A stretch of DNA of 48,159 nt, the filler included, from Dirinaria sp. TL-2023a (taxonomy: Eukaryota), in NCBI GenBank assembly GCA_051941275.1. It is 2 parts of 2 records of this genome, joined end to end, with 100 filler letters (N's around TTAATTAATTAA, not from the genome) between each part and the next. Parts side by side here need not be neighbours in the genome. Positions count along the whole stretch, not along the records: positions 1 to 24,035 come from JAVEBF010000193.1; positions 24,136 to 48,159 come from JAVEBF010000194.1. The stretch is one strand, 5' to 3'. Below are positions 14,401 through 24,598 of the stretch, piece after piece. The position numbers and the translations under genes were made by a program. Under the pieces are notes generated by a model. That model made no database searches, was not told the origin of the DNA, and saw nothing but the letters and a program-made list of their open reading frames with translations. The stretch's first letter is position 1; every line of letters starts with the position of its first letter.

Positions 14401-15547
14401 TTTTGCACAAGTGTGAAACTGAAACGGCGTTATAAACTGCTCGAGGTATGATCGCTGAGAGAGGTTCTGAGAGGTTGCTTCGGCATAGAGATTCGACGCA
14501 GACTGCGAAGCTGTGATCGACAAGACGTAATTTTCTGAGAGCTTAGGTGTAAGTTTTCCAAGATTGTTGAGATGGGAAGGTATTGTACTACGTATATCGA
14601 TGTGGGAACACTACAAGAAGAAATGACTGAAAGTAGAACTATTGCAAGCTGACAAGAAACAGTGGACTACCTAGAGCGGATATTGAGAGCATATGTAATG
14701 ATATTGGAGCATGGTGGCTTGGTACGAGAATACTAGTCATAAGGGAGGAATTTCCACGAGTACTGAAAACACCATTGTCAGATTTCGTAGGCCAACAAGT
14801 CAATTGCACCTCTGTATGTGTATGTTGCATGTAATTGTCTAAAGTCTACGGAAAAGCATATGTGGGTACTATTTACCCTTAGAGGTGTTGAGGTGAGGTT
14901 GACTAGTCGAGAAGCTAGACCGTTTTGGTCAACCTATCTAACTGAAATGTTGTTGGGGGTGTTGAGGATGCGGTTTTACAACGATTCTCAGGCACTAGTA
15001 ATCTAGGCGTCGGACCAGATTATGTTCATCTGCCTCGGTGAAGCACCCTAAGATTGCTGCTCTGAGTCTATAATTCTGTACCATAGGTATAATTCGGTTT
15101 TTAAAAATCTTCAATTGTTGAGCACAGGCGATCCACACCATGACTCAAGGTCGGCAATAATGGCTCAAAGTTTGAACACAAGCCTATCTAGGAAGGGAAC
15201 ATAACCATATTTAAACCCTACCCCTAGCTGTGGACCGCTTCTGTTCATCCTAGCCAACGTTGCAGAGTCATCATTGAATTATCTTCCCTCTAAATCCTCA
15301 TTTCGACTGAGCATTATAAACTCTGGAGACAGCTCTCTTGCATAAATTTGGCACGAAGTTGAGATACCAAATATTCTGTGAAGAAGCTGGTGGGTCATTT
15401 ATTCTCTTATATATCTCTACTACCTTGAATCATGGCACATTAATAGATATATTCGACTGCTTTCACCAGACATTACGCGGTCAAACTACCTAGCTGCTCG
15501 CAGCACTGTTTACTAACCAACTCGCTCAGCTACATCGCACTATCACC

Positions 15548-16336
15548 ATGCACTTTCGTAACGCTGTTGTCGGTCTCGTTGTTACCTCGGTCGTTGTCGC
15601 ATCCCCCTTTCGTCCTCCCCCAACCGCCGACCAAAACCCTGCTTGCGCTCATGGTACCGCACCATGCTTCGGCCCTGGCCCTATCCTCCCACGCTCGGAC
15701 CCTTATGAGCATACATTGAGGGGAGAACTTTCGACGACGGAGAGTGACCGCGAGAAACCAAAGCACGAAAAAATGATATTCACAAGTCTAAGTGACGTTC
15801 CATTGGACTCATTCGAGCTTCCTAGCGCTAGCGAGAGACGCGGTGCTTCATCTCAAAAGTCAGCGCCCAGGATCTCCCGAGATCTCGAGCACATGAAAGA
15901 CACATCACGCTTGGAGCGAAGGGTTAAGCAAGATGGGCAAGCACAGCAGGTCCAGCGAGCATTGGATCAGGTAGATGGATATTTATCTGGAGACGAGGGC
16001 AAGAAGACGCAAAACTTAACTAAGATTGCCCTCGATGGAGCCAATAATCCCAGATCAGAGACCGGTGAACCTGCTACCGCCATTCATCGCAACATTCTCG
16101 AGCTGAACAAGCACAATGCGGACCCTGAAGCTCTTCAGAAAGAGCAGCTCACTCGACGTCATCTCCTCGAGGACCGATATGAACGCCACCCGCGTCTCGA
16201 TCATAGAGAAAAAGCTACAGGTGCCAAAAGCGAGACCGCAACCCATATTAGAGAAGAGATCAACACTCCAAGCGAAAGCGTCGGCACATCCCACGCCCCA
16301 GTCAACAATGGGCACACACTTCAACGTCCGTCATAA
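15548..16336 (+). CDS. Predicted secreted protein, 262 aa (effector-like orphan)
   Basis: ATG in CACC context. Hydrophobic signal peptide MHFRNAVVGLVVTSVVVA-SP, then a hydrophilic body with dibasic RR sites (SERR, LERR, LTRR). Confidence 0.7.
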   Translation: MHFRNAVVGLVVTSVVVASPFRPPPTADQNPACAHGTAPCFGPGPILPRSDPYEHTLRGELSTTESDREKPKHEKMIFTSLSDVPLDSFELPSASERRGASSQKSAPRISRDLEHMKDTSRLERRVKQDGQAQQVQRALDQVDGYLSGDEGKKTQNLTKIALDGANNPRSETGEPATAIHRNILELNKHNADPEALQKEQLTRRHLLEDRYERHPRLDHREKATGAKSETATHIREEINTPSESVGTSHAPVNNGHTLQRPS

Positions 16337-17870
16337 GCCGTCACACAACGCACTCTAAAGCCAGGCAGGGTCAGCTATCACAGAGACCATCCTAAGACAA
16401 AGTGAAAAGAATAGGAGGAGGAAGGAAAACCAGGTTATCATGGGCATATTATTTGGGGCTGCTTAGATCAATACTTGGATTATTTGAAGTAGTTTTGTTA
16501 TCGGCTCGCTGCAGATTGAATATACTAGAGTCATAATGAGTCAATCCGGAAGCAGCCGGAGTATCTATGGTTGGATTCGTTTACAAAGTCATTCTCTTTC
16601 TCTGTTTCTTTGCGATTTGATTTTGTTCGGTCAGCGCTATTAATACAAACTATTTCTTGACACGCTTACGTGTGCTACTCCCTTAACAAAAGGCACAAAC
16701 TGGACTGACAGAGGTCAACAAAATCAAAGGGAAGGTAAAGGACATTAAATTTTAAAATTTTAAAACAAGGCGATAAGAGTACGACGCCTCTGCTGCATTG
16801 CGCTGTTAGGAAGTAGACGGGACAAGTGCTTAGATGCTAGAGCTTATCGATATCGCTAGAGACTATCAAGCATCATTTCAGAGCCTCTAGCTTGTTGACG
16901 AGGTTTTCTAGCATCAATTGGTGACTCGAAACAGGCTACAGGGGATCCCCGATATTGTTGAGAACCGAGCGCCGTATGCCCAGAACCTAGACCTAGCTAG
17001 GCTCATCCGGCGCAATCTTTTCGTCGTTTTGCCCCACGGCTAGGGGTTGCGCTAGCCAATCGAGATGTCCGTTGAAACTTGATACGGTGTGTTGCACCTA
17101 CCGATGAGAACGTAATCAGTCAGGCCTCGATGAGGCGAAGAGTCCGCAAGAAGAATCGGTACCTTCTCTGTTTTACTTAGCCTGGACGTGGAACTTCTTC
17201 TCCTTGGATCAATCAATACATTATTGTTACTCGAAAAAATTTCTATTAGTTCAAAATGATATTCTGTATCAGAACATGTGGTTCCTTCTACTCAACTCCT
17301 CGTCGCAGCGATTCCATCACGAGGTTGAACTGACGTTTAATACAAAGGCTTACTAGTTTCGAAAAATACATTGTTGTTGGGCATGATGAATGCCCGGTCA
17401 GCGGAGGCCGGGCACAGGTCAACCGGCGTCTGCTGTGTACGTACCTTGCTTTATTAGACTTAGCGGCTTATCCGAGGACGCAATGAGACTCCTGCCGCCT
17501 TCTCTTCCAACCCCACCCAACTCCCTTTCTTCCTTACAAAAGGTAACCACACACATGATAGTAATATCGGTGATTGATTGACTCACCTACTGCCCCAACA
17601 ATAAATAGCTCGGTTGGTGAGCGCATCATTCTCGAGTAGTACAGGATAAATCCCCAAGGCTCTCTTTATAGTAGTAAGTGTCATTTAAACCCCACCTCCG
17701 ACTGAGCCTCTCAGCTTTATTTACATGGAATCTTACCCTGGGATGATAGTACCTCTCAGCCGGCTCCACTATAGATTTTCGTCAGCAAGATCGCTGTTCA
17801 TACCATCAAACTTACTTTGAGGATTGTTATTTCTATATCCTACAAACTCTGCTCACTTAGCGGTCTTCAA

Positions 17871-18218
17871 ATGCATTTCTCCGCTTTCGCTACCATTGCT
17901 TTGCTCTTGCTTCCGGGCGCCCTTGCTGTTCCAATATCTGATCGCGGTCACGAGCGTCAAGAAGACCCCCGAGTGACAGAGCAAAGCATGCGCGGTCATT
18001 CGATTGATAGAATCGATCATGGCTTATACCAAACGAGAAGAATGCCTGTCGGCAGAACATGGAAAAGATACGATAAAAGAGACGATGTATGGGGAGTAGG
18101 CCCAAAGTTGACACAGTGGGAAGAGGAGGCAGCAAAGGCGGCAAAAGCACTCATACATGTCAATGCAATAATCGCCAAATACCATAAAGAACTCAACGAC
18201 ACAAGTCTGAATGCTTAG
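17871..18218 (+). CDS. Predicted small secreted protein, 115 aa (possibly truncated by a premature stop)
   Basis: Signal peptide MHFSAFATIALLLLPGALA-VP and Kex2-like sites (TRR, WKR, DKR). The frame stays open for 41 more codons after the TAG. Confidence 0.65.
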   Translation: MHFSAFATIALLLLPGALAVPISDRGHERQEDPRVTEQSMRGHSIDRIDHGLYQTRRMPVGRTWKRYDKRDDVWGVGPKLTQWEEEAAKAAKALIHVNAIIAKYHKELNDTSLNA

Positions 18219-20233
18219 TCCTTCGAAAGAGCCATAGTAAAGGTGAGCAGGACTACTTCATCTCTTGAAAAGGAAGCTAAAAAGATAGCACTAGATCGCA
18301 AATTTCCAAACCGGACACTATTCGAAGACATCTCGTGGATGTGAGGCGCGAGGGTTCCGGGAAACCATACACATCCAGCGACCGGCAGAAATTTGAAACA
18401 CTTTCAGAAACATGAGAAACACCGAGACCAAAGCAATCAAGGCCGTGGCCCAAGCGGGAAGATGTCAGATGTAATGCCGGATAATCACGAGAGTATGCGA
18501 AGGTTCCTGAGAAATGTGCGATGCTTCCAGTCTCTACTTTGTGAGTGAACATGAGAAAGGGTTTGCACCGAGTTTTACCTTAAAGATAGACTCACTCGTC
18601 AATCCGTTCAAATCAATATTAGCGAAGTGAAATTTTCAAGATGATGATAAGCTCGAAACTCTTGAATTTGAAGCCTTGGTCATGGCCATACCAATAATCC
18701 AGTCTCGGAATACAGCAGGCGTACAAGATCGGTAAAGAGGCTTTCATAGTCGCTAAGGCGACGCGAATAGGCCGCCAGGATGTCGCACGTTATGAAAGGT
18801 ATCTGTTACATTGGCAGATGTGACGAAAGCTCTCTAAGAGTATAGTCAGGAATAGATGGAAGCTGATATGGTCGTAGAGGACCTAACGCTGGCAAAGGAG
18901 ATCGCCGATCAACATGTTCATAAAGGGTACCCATCTCAGAACTTAAATCTGAGTATGGAGAAAGATGTGGAACATTTCGTGCGTAAATGATTTTGATATA
19001 TAAGCTAATCTGACTTTCCCCCATTTTTAAGATTATCTGAGATACCATCGGACTATTCGAGCCTAAATGTGCAACCAACATACCAACGATGGAGTCGATG
19101 TCCGTTCATGAAATGAGCTCGTAAAGCTCGCAGTGGACCTAGGATTAGCGTTCTAATATTCGACCCCGTTGGAAGGAGCCTCGTGAGCGAGTGCTTTCGA
19201 TAACTTACTGGATTTGAATTGCTGTGAGTTATATGCTGCTTTGGACTTAGCTGGTACCAGAGGCCATCCTATATAAGCAGATTCTGGCGCAGAAGTATCG
19301 CTCTCAGCGCCAGCGGCTCCCTCTGCCTGTGCGGTCGATACTTGGAGTAACCCGATGGGTTATGAGGTGATAGCTTGGATGAGTCTTGTTCATTAGGAAG
19401 CGTTCGCATCTAATTTCCCTGGCCAAATGTTTACACAACGAATGCTGTTCACGAAGCTACCCGGAATGCGAGGTCAAGTGCTTAACGCGGGTTTTGATTC
19501 GCAAACCTCTCTTTCTTCTTCGCGAAGTGTATTATTACCTAATCTAGTTGGCACTTCAATGCGAACACTTTTTTAAAAAACACTAGGTTACCTAAGCCAT
19601 TCCCGTGACGTAAAGGAGATGCTCATGGGATATTATATGCTCCTACAGGCACTTCGTCGAGAATACTGTCAAGTATACTGCGATCTTCATCGCCAAAGCT
19701 GCTGAGCGTATTGGGAAGGTCCACGCATGCTGCTAATTGCACGTAGCAATTCTATGCTTCTATGCTCCTAAGTCGGATAATTGGGTAGAAACGACTACGT
19801 ACGTATCAAATGCACACCTGAGGTGACATCGATGACCCCTTTGAGCTGATAAGGATCTTCAGAAAGTGTTACCTTGTCCGGTTAGGTGCTCGAGTGTTTG
19901 AAGTGTCCTGCGGGGACAGTGAGTCTGCTATAATGACAGTTCAGCTGATCGAACCACTCTCGCAGAGGCGTGCACTCTGCACGCCGGTGCTTGCGTCAGC
20001 CAACACAAGAACCAACGACATTCGCAAGCAATCCCGAGCAACTCTGAGCATGTGCAGTTTCTCAAGGGAACACTGCTCGAAGAGCAACACTTGCGCTCAC
20101 CCATTTAAATGGATCTCTTACGTTTCACACACCTAACTTGCTTTCGTCTTTCTAACCTAAGAAGTGAATTATGAGTAGCTAAAATTCCTCGGTCAGTCTT
20201 CTGTCATTCGGTGAGATCTTTTTCGAGCTCGCT

Positions 20234-21200
20234 ATGAAAAGGACGCTCAATCCGGGCTTTACGTAACAACTCGAAAAAGACCTCGGTTCGACAAGTAGCA
20301 GTTCAAGTCACAAAGTCTCGACCTTATCATTAAAGAAAAACTTGTGGAAAGGCATGCCGAAATGGAGTTGAAGTATTGCAGCAGACACTGGCGGGACTGA
20401 CAAAGGAGCGAAGGAATCGAAAGAGCGAGAACGAGGAACTTAGGAGCAACTCAAGGGTCTAAGCAAGCTAAACAACAAGCTTCAGGAGAGTCGACCAGCG
20501 ACAGTCCGAAGGAACTGTGAAGTTCAATACAACGGCGGTCACGATGACGACAAAGAAGCCCCGACAGACCCTCGAGAACGCATAAATCAAGTCTATAGAG
20601 ATCATCAAAACGATAAATTAGAGCTCTAAAACCCTCGATACGCTCGACCCAAGGATGTGAAGGTTTATTGCGGAGCATCGCACAAATGGAAAACTAGTTG
20701 CATGGCTTCAGAGTCCAAAGTTTGCTGAATACTGAGCCGACTTCACAACAGAGACTTCTAGATCAAATACGCCCGAGATCTCTGCGGCGAACAAATCAGC
20801 GTTCCCCGCCATTGAACGTCGCGCAGATGTGAATGAACTTAAGGGTTACAGAACACTGGAAGAAATCCTTCAGGATTTGAAAACAAGCTTCGATCTTCGG
20901 GACAGAAAGGCGATAGCTTTGAGCGAGATAAGACATTCATGATTTCGAATGAGAGTTTAAATATTTACCGAGACTTACGATGAGTTCACTACTCGACTGA
21001 GCAGTACATTTTCATTTCTTGAATTCAATAACTACATAAAGAAACGAATTCTCAAGAACACACTGACGAAATCGCTCTATCAGAAGATTAACAAACTACT
21101 CGATACAATAACATAGGACGAGATTCTGGCGCTCAATGAGACGAATTTTCATCTAAACTCGACAAAGAGTTCAGAAATGACTCCGACATGAAAAAAAGTC
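20234..21200 (+). mobile_element. Degenerate retrotransposon gag-like relic
   Basis: Stop-interrupted translation GYRTLEEILQDLKTSFDLRDRKAIALSEIRHS*FRMRV*IFTETYDEFTTRLSS resembles Ty3/gypsy capsid (L..F..R..A..f.m..E.f..F..R). It abuts LTR-like sequences. Boundaries are approximate. Confidence 0.5.
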
Positions 21201-21249
21201 ATTTTCAGGGGCAAGTGCAATCCCTAATACGCGAACGAATTGATGGACT

Positions 21250-21411
21250 TGTCACAGATCCAGAGCGATAGTGTTAGAGCTCCCTTGAAGGCACATCCAG
21301 AGCACTAGCGAACGCGATCTCTCCATAAGCCTCGTATTTATGTATCTTAATTCTGCATAGCTGGAATTCTTGTCGATATCGTACCTATATATGCAGCTCT
21401 GATCTCTGACA
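21250..21411. mobile_element. Short TG...CA element with ~16-bp terminal inverted repeats (solo LTR or MITE), 162 bp
   Basis: Left end TGTCACAGATCCAGAGC versus reverse complement of right end TGTCAGAGATCAGAGC (one mismatch, one indel). Flanks GGACT/GAAAT match only partly. Confidence 0.55.
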
Positions 21412-21734
21412 GAAATGTAAGAATGCTATTAAGATCTAATGTCTATCTCGAATTAAGTCTCAACCTTGACCTACTGAACCGTTCTGAGAAGCAAGGAGAT
21501 CTAAACTGTCTAAGTAGATGCTCGAAATCGAAATCAAACAAATCTAAATCGTCTAACCGACTCTCAGCTTCCTCCGCCCATTACAGCATATCTCGCAGTT
21601 TCAACCGAAGAGGTCTATTCAGTGAACATCAAAGCCCGCCCCTCATCTCGCAATCTCCACCCACTACCGCCAACGATCAAGTCGTCCATGTCTGGTTAGT
21701 GTACTCATAGGGAATAAGTAGGACAGGGGATTTG

Positions 21735-21959
21735 TGTCACGGTTTCACATTAGTTACCCGGGTCAAGTGTTTACACTATGAATGTTGTTCACCTCGCTAC
21801 CCGGCATAGGAGGTTAGGTACTTAAACCGGGTCGAGGTTCACAAATCTCTTTCTTTTTTTCTTTCTTCTTTGCGAATTGTCTTGTTATCTAATCTAGTTA
21901 GTATATCAATGTCAACACTTTTTCAAGAACACTACCTTATCTAAATCACTCTCGTGACA
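21735..21959 (+). mobile_element. LTR, 225 bp (TGTCACG...CGTGACA)
   Basis: Perfect 7-bp terminal inverted repeat. Preceded by a purine-rich tract (AGGGAATAAGTAGGACAGGGGA) and followed 36 nt later by the gag ATG. Confidence 0.7.
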
Positions 21960-22766
21960 TTACAATTCGCCGACCCTTATTACAATTACATCATCATGTC
22001 TGACGATACTCCTCATCACAATCCTCCTCGAGGCTTCGTTCGCTTCAACGATAGAGAGGACTTATCTAAGCTTCATCGCTTCAATAACTCGAACGAACTC
22101 AAAACTGCAATGATTCAAGACTTCAACGCGTACATTAAGTTGATCGACGTCTTGATGTTTAATGTCAACGAAATGATCACTCATTTCTCTGCAATGATTG
22201 ACGACTTCAATCATCGCATGAAAATCAAGAATGAGCTTTTGCAAAACATTCAAGCTCAACATGTTGTCGATCAGAACTTCAAACACAAACGTAACGTCAA
22301 TCATCTCGATCTCGATAAATTCGATGAAATCAAGCGGAGTGAGCTACGCTCGTTCATCTTCGTCTGTCGAACTAAGCTTGAACGCAATCAAGATCACTTC
22401 GTTGAAATCATCTTCGAAGCAATTCTTCGAAATAGAACTCTCTATTTGAACTCACGATTATTCGATTCTGCGGCTGAACAAGCTCTCTCTGTCGTCGAAA
22501 AAGACTCATTTACTCACGAAATATCGATGATCAATAGCCTCGAAAATTTTTATTTTTGATTGAAAAACACTTTCGGTGATCTCGATCGAACTCGAACTGC
22601 TCAAACGAAGATCAAGAATTTGCGACAAGATAATCGCTCATACACTAAATATCTTATCGATTTTCAAAAACACATAATCGACACGAGCTATGATCAGATG
22701 ATTATCAAATTAGTTTTCATCGATGATCTCTCGATAAAATTTCAGAATGCTTTAGTCTTTAATTTC

Positions 22767-23176
22767 TGTAACAGTGGTACCTGATACATTGGTATATATT
22801 GACCAATGCAGGCTAGCGCCGCTTGGCCGCCGGAGGTGCCCAGAGGCAATCCCTTGGGGTCTGAAGCATGGCTAGCGTCGCCTAGGACTTAGCGTCGGAA
22901 GGTTGAATCCCGAGGCTGACTAGGAGCCAGTGAGCGGTTGACGCTTATGGAGCATTGTGCCTACGAGCGCTCGTGACCCGCCAGCGCGGGGCTCGTCATG
23001 GTGGGGCAATGTTAACGCTCGCGGTTAAGTATAGGGGACCACCCACCCTTTCAGGAGGTTCTCAGTGATTAGTTCTAGCAGGAACTACAGTACCAGGTAG
23101 CCATATAATCTATTACACTGCCACGTCTTTCACATAAGTACTACGCCGGCGGGTAACCGGCGCATACGACCTTACA
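22767..23176. mobile_element. Solo LTR (410 bp) nested in gag
   Basis: TGTAA...TTACA termini and a perfect 5-bp target-site duplication ATTTC (22762-22766 / 23177-23181). It is GC-rich compared with the host element, and its removal restores the gag frame (VFNF|AESTF). Confidence 0.9.
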
Positions 23177-23516
23177 ATTTCGCTGAGTCTACATTCTCTT
23201 TTCAACAATTTCAGCAAAAATGTAATCGACTTGAAAATCGTTTGAAAACAATCGTCGAGAATTCTTGTTATCAGAACTCGTTTCAGTCAAACAAACGCTC
23301 ATTCTCAACGCTCAATACTTTTACTGCGAACATTAAATCTAATGTCGCTGTCTCTGTTTACACTAAAGTCATCTTCATCACTACTGAGAGAGATAATGTT
23401 ATGAATCTCTCAGTCGATAAAACTCGACGATCTCTAACGAACGCAGAGAAGATCGTCAATCGAAAATATCGTCAAGAGAACAATCTCTGTCTATATTGCG
23501 ACGACTCTAATCGTCA

Positions 23517-23733
23517 TGTAGACGACTTGATAGGATTTATATGGGTTTGGTCTATATTTGCGGAGGTCTGCCATATTAGGCATAGCGTCGGCACTAGGCC
23601 CGCTATACCCGTCAACACCGACCTAGGTACTTATACCTGGTCGGTCCTCCTAGATAGTTTCTCCATCCATCCATCTTATTATCATCATATTTTGCCCATA
23701 GGCCATTTTCCAGGCGATTGCCTTCTTTTTTCA
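23517..23733. mobile_element. Second nested insertion (217 bp, TG...CA) splitting the gag zinc knuckle
   Basis: Abrupt return of CC/GG dinucleotides, TG/CA ends, and flanks CGTCA/TATCA (possible TSD with two transitions). Insert plus TSD is 222 nt, so the frame is kept. Confidence 0.55.
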
Positions 23734-23849
23734 TATCACGACTGTCTCAAAATTCGTAAAATCAGTGTTCGAGCGATCTTCATTGAAATTACTTCAACTG
23801 AATTCTTCGAAAACGTTTCTGACACTTCTTCCGCTTTCGATAATGATGC

Positions 23850-23888
23850 GAAAAAAGTATAGTCTCTGAGCATAGTCGCGCTCAGAGA
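23850..23888 (+). promoter_or_regulatory. gag-pol -1 ribosomal frameshift signal (slippery site plus hairpin)
   Basis: G AAA AAA immediately before the gag stop (GTA TAG), then a perfect 9-bp stem TCTCTGAGC-8 nt loop-GCTCAGAGA (23863-23888). The -1 frame is stop-free to the gap. Confidence 0.65.
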
Positions 23889-24035
23889 TCAATCAAAAAT
23901 AAACTCAAAATTTCTAACACAGTCATTAAAAATTCGAACGAACAAACTCTAAAAGATTTATTTATGCATGTATTGATAAACGATAACATGTCTAAAATCG
24001 TTCACGATAAACTGTTCATTCTTTTTAAGATTTTA

Positions 24036-24135
24036 NNNNNNNNNNNNNNNNNNNNNNNNNNNNNNNNNNNNNNNNNNNNTTAATTAATTAANNNNNNNNN
24101 NNNNNNNNNNNNNNNNNNNNNNNNNNNNNNNNNNN
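24036..24135. other. Artificial scaffold/contig linker (assembly gap)
   Basis: 44 N + TTAATTAATTAA (stops in all six frames) + 44 N = exactly 100 nt. Confidence 0.95.
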
Positions 24136-24137
24136 GG

Positions 24138-24329
24138 GGTGGGAATAGGGGGAAGGCAGCGAAGAAAGTTTATAAAGGCGGGAGCGAGCCGAATCGGTAT
24201 GCGATTAGGCCTGGGTATAGGTGGGATGGGGTGGATCGCGGGAATGGGTTTGAGAAGACGTGGTTTCAGAGCCGGAACCGGACGGCGAGGAATCGTGAGT
24301 TGGAGTATGCGTGGCAGATGGATGAATAA
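24138..24329 (+). CDS. BUD13: Pre-mRNA splicing factor Bud13/Cwc26 (RES complex), C-terminal fragment; 5' part lost in the gap
   Basis: A frame not in the ORF track reads [63 protein letters not shown], which contains the diagnostic Bud13 NRY.I.PG.RWDGVDR.NGFE motif. Confidence 0.9.
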   Translation, partial: GGNRGKAAKKVYKGGSEPNRYAIRPGYRWDGVDRGNGFEKTWFQSRNRTARNRELEYAWQMDE

Positions 24330-24598
24330 GTTGGGGCGTTTTTTGGGATGGAAAGAATGGGGAATTGCATGGCGATGGCGTTTCTGGAGTGGAGCTGGGT
24401 CACAGAGGGGAGCATAGCATTCATGGCGATACAGCCTTTCAAAATGTAGAGTATGGAATAATATAGATACCCCGCTGTAAAGCTGCAACTCAGTCCAAAG
24501 TTACAGAATCAATGCTTATTGGACGAAGATATTGCTCCCTGTTTACGACTCCCAAACTATCGCTGCTCACCATCACCCTCAATCATCGAAGCAAGGAA

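Larger units (their letters stand above)
21996..24035 (+). mobile_element. Hypermutated Ty3/gypsy LTR retrotransposon: gag (21996-23862, one TGA, two nested insertions) and start of pol, truncated by the gap
   Basis: Gag motifs DLDKFDEIKRSELRSFI (ancestrally PDPDKFDG-like), LKNTFGDLDRTRTAQTKIKNLRQ, MNLS...RQENNLCLYC (zinc knuckle). The frame is restored when the insertions at 22767-23176 and 23517-23733 are removed. The -1 frame is open from 23850 to the gap. Confidence 0.85.

Noticed and set aside
8700..15400. Scattered short ORFs (e.g. 10682-11045, 13902-14523) and short GC-rich repeats near 9400-9720
   Set aside because: No domain motifs, coherent exon chain, TIR/TSD or RNA-gene signature found.
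24080..24091. TTAATTAATTAA palindrome within the N run
   Set aside because: Assembly linker with stops in all six frames, not biological.
24084..24488. ORFs 24139..24417 (+, G/R/W-rich) and 24084..24488 (-, P/I-rich)
   Set aside because: Alternative-frame and antisense shadows of the real BUD13 frame (24138-24329).
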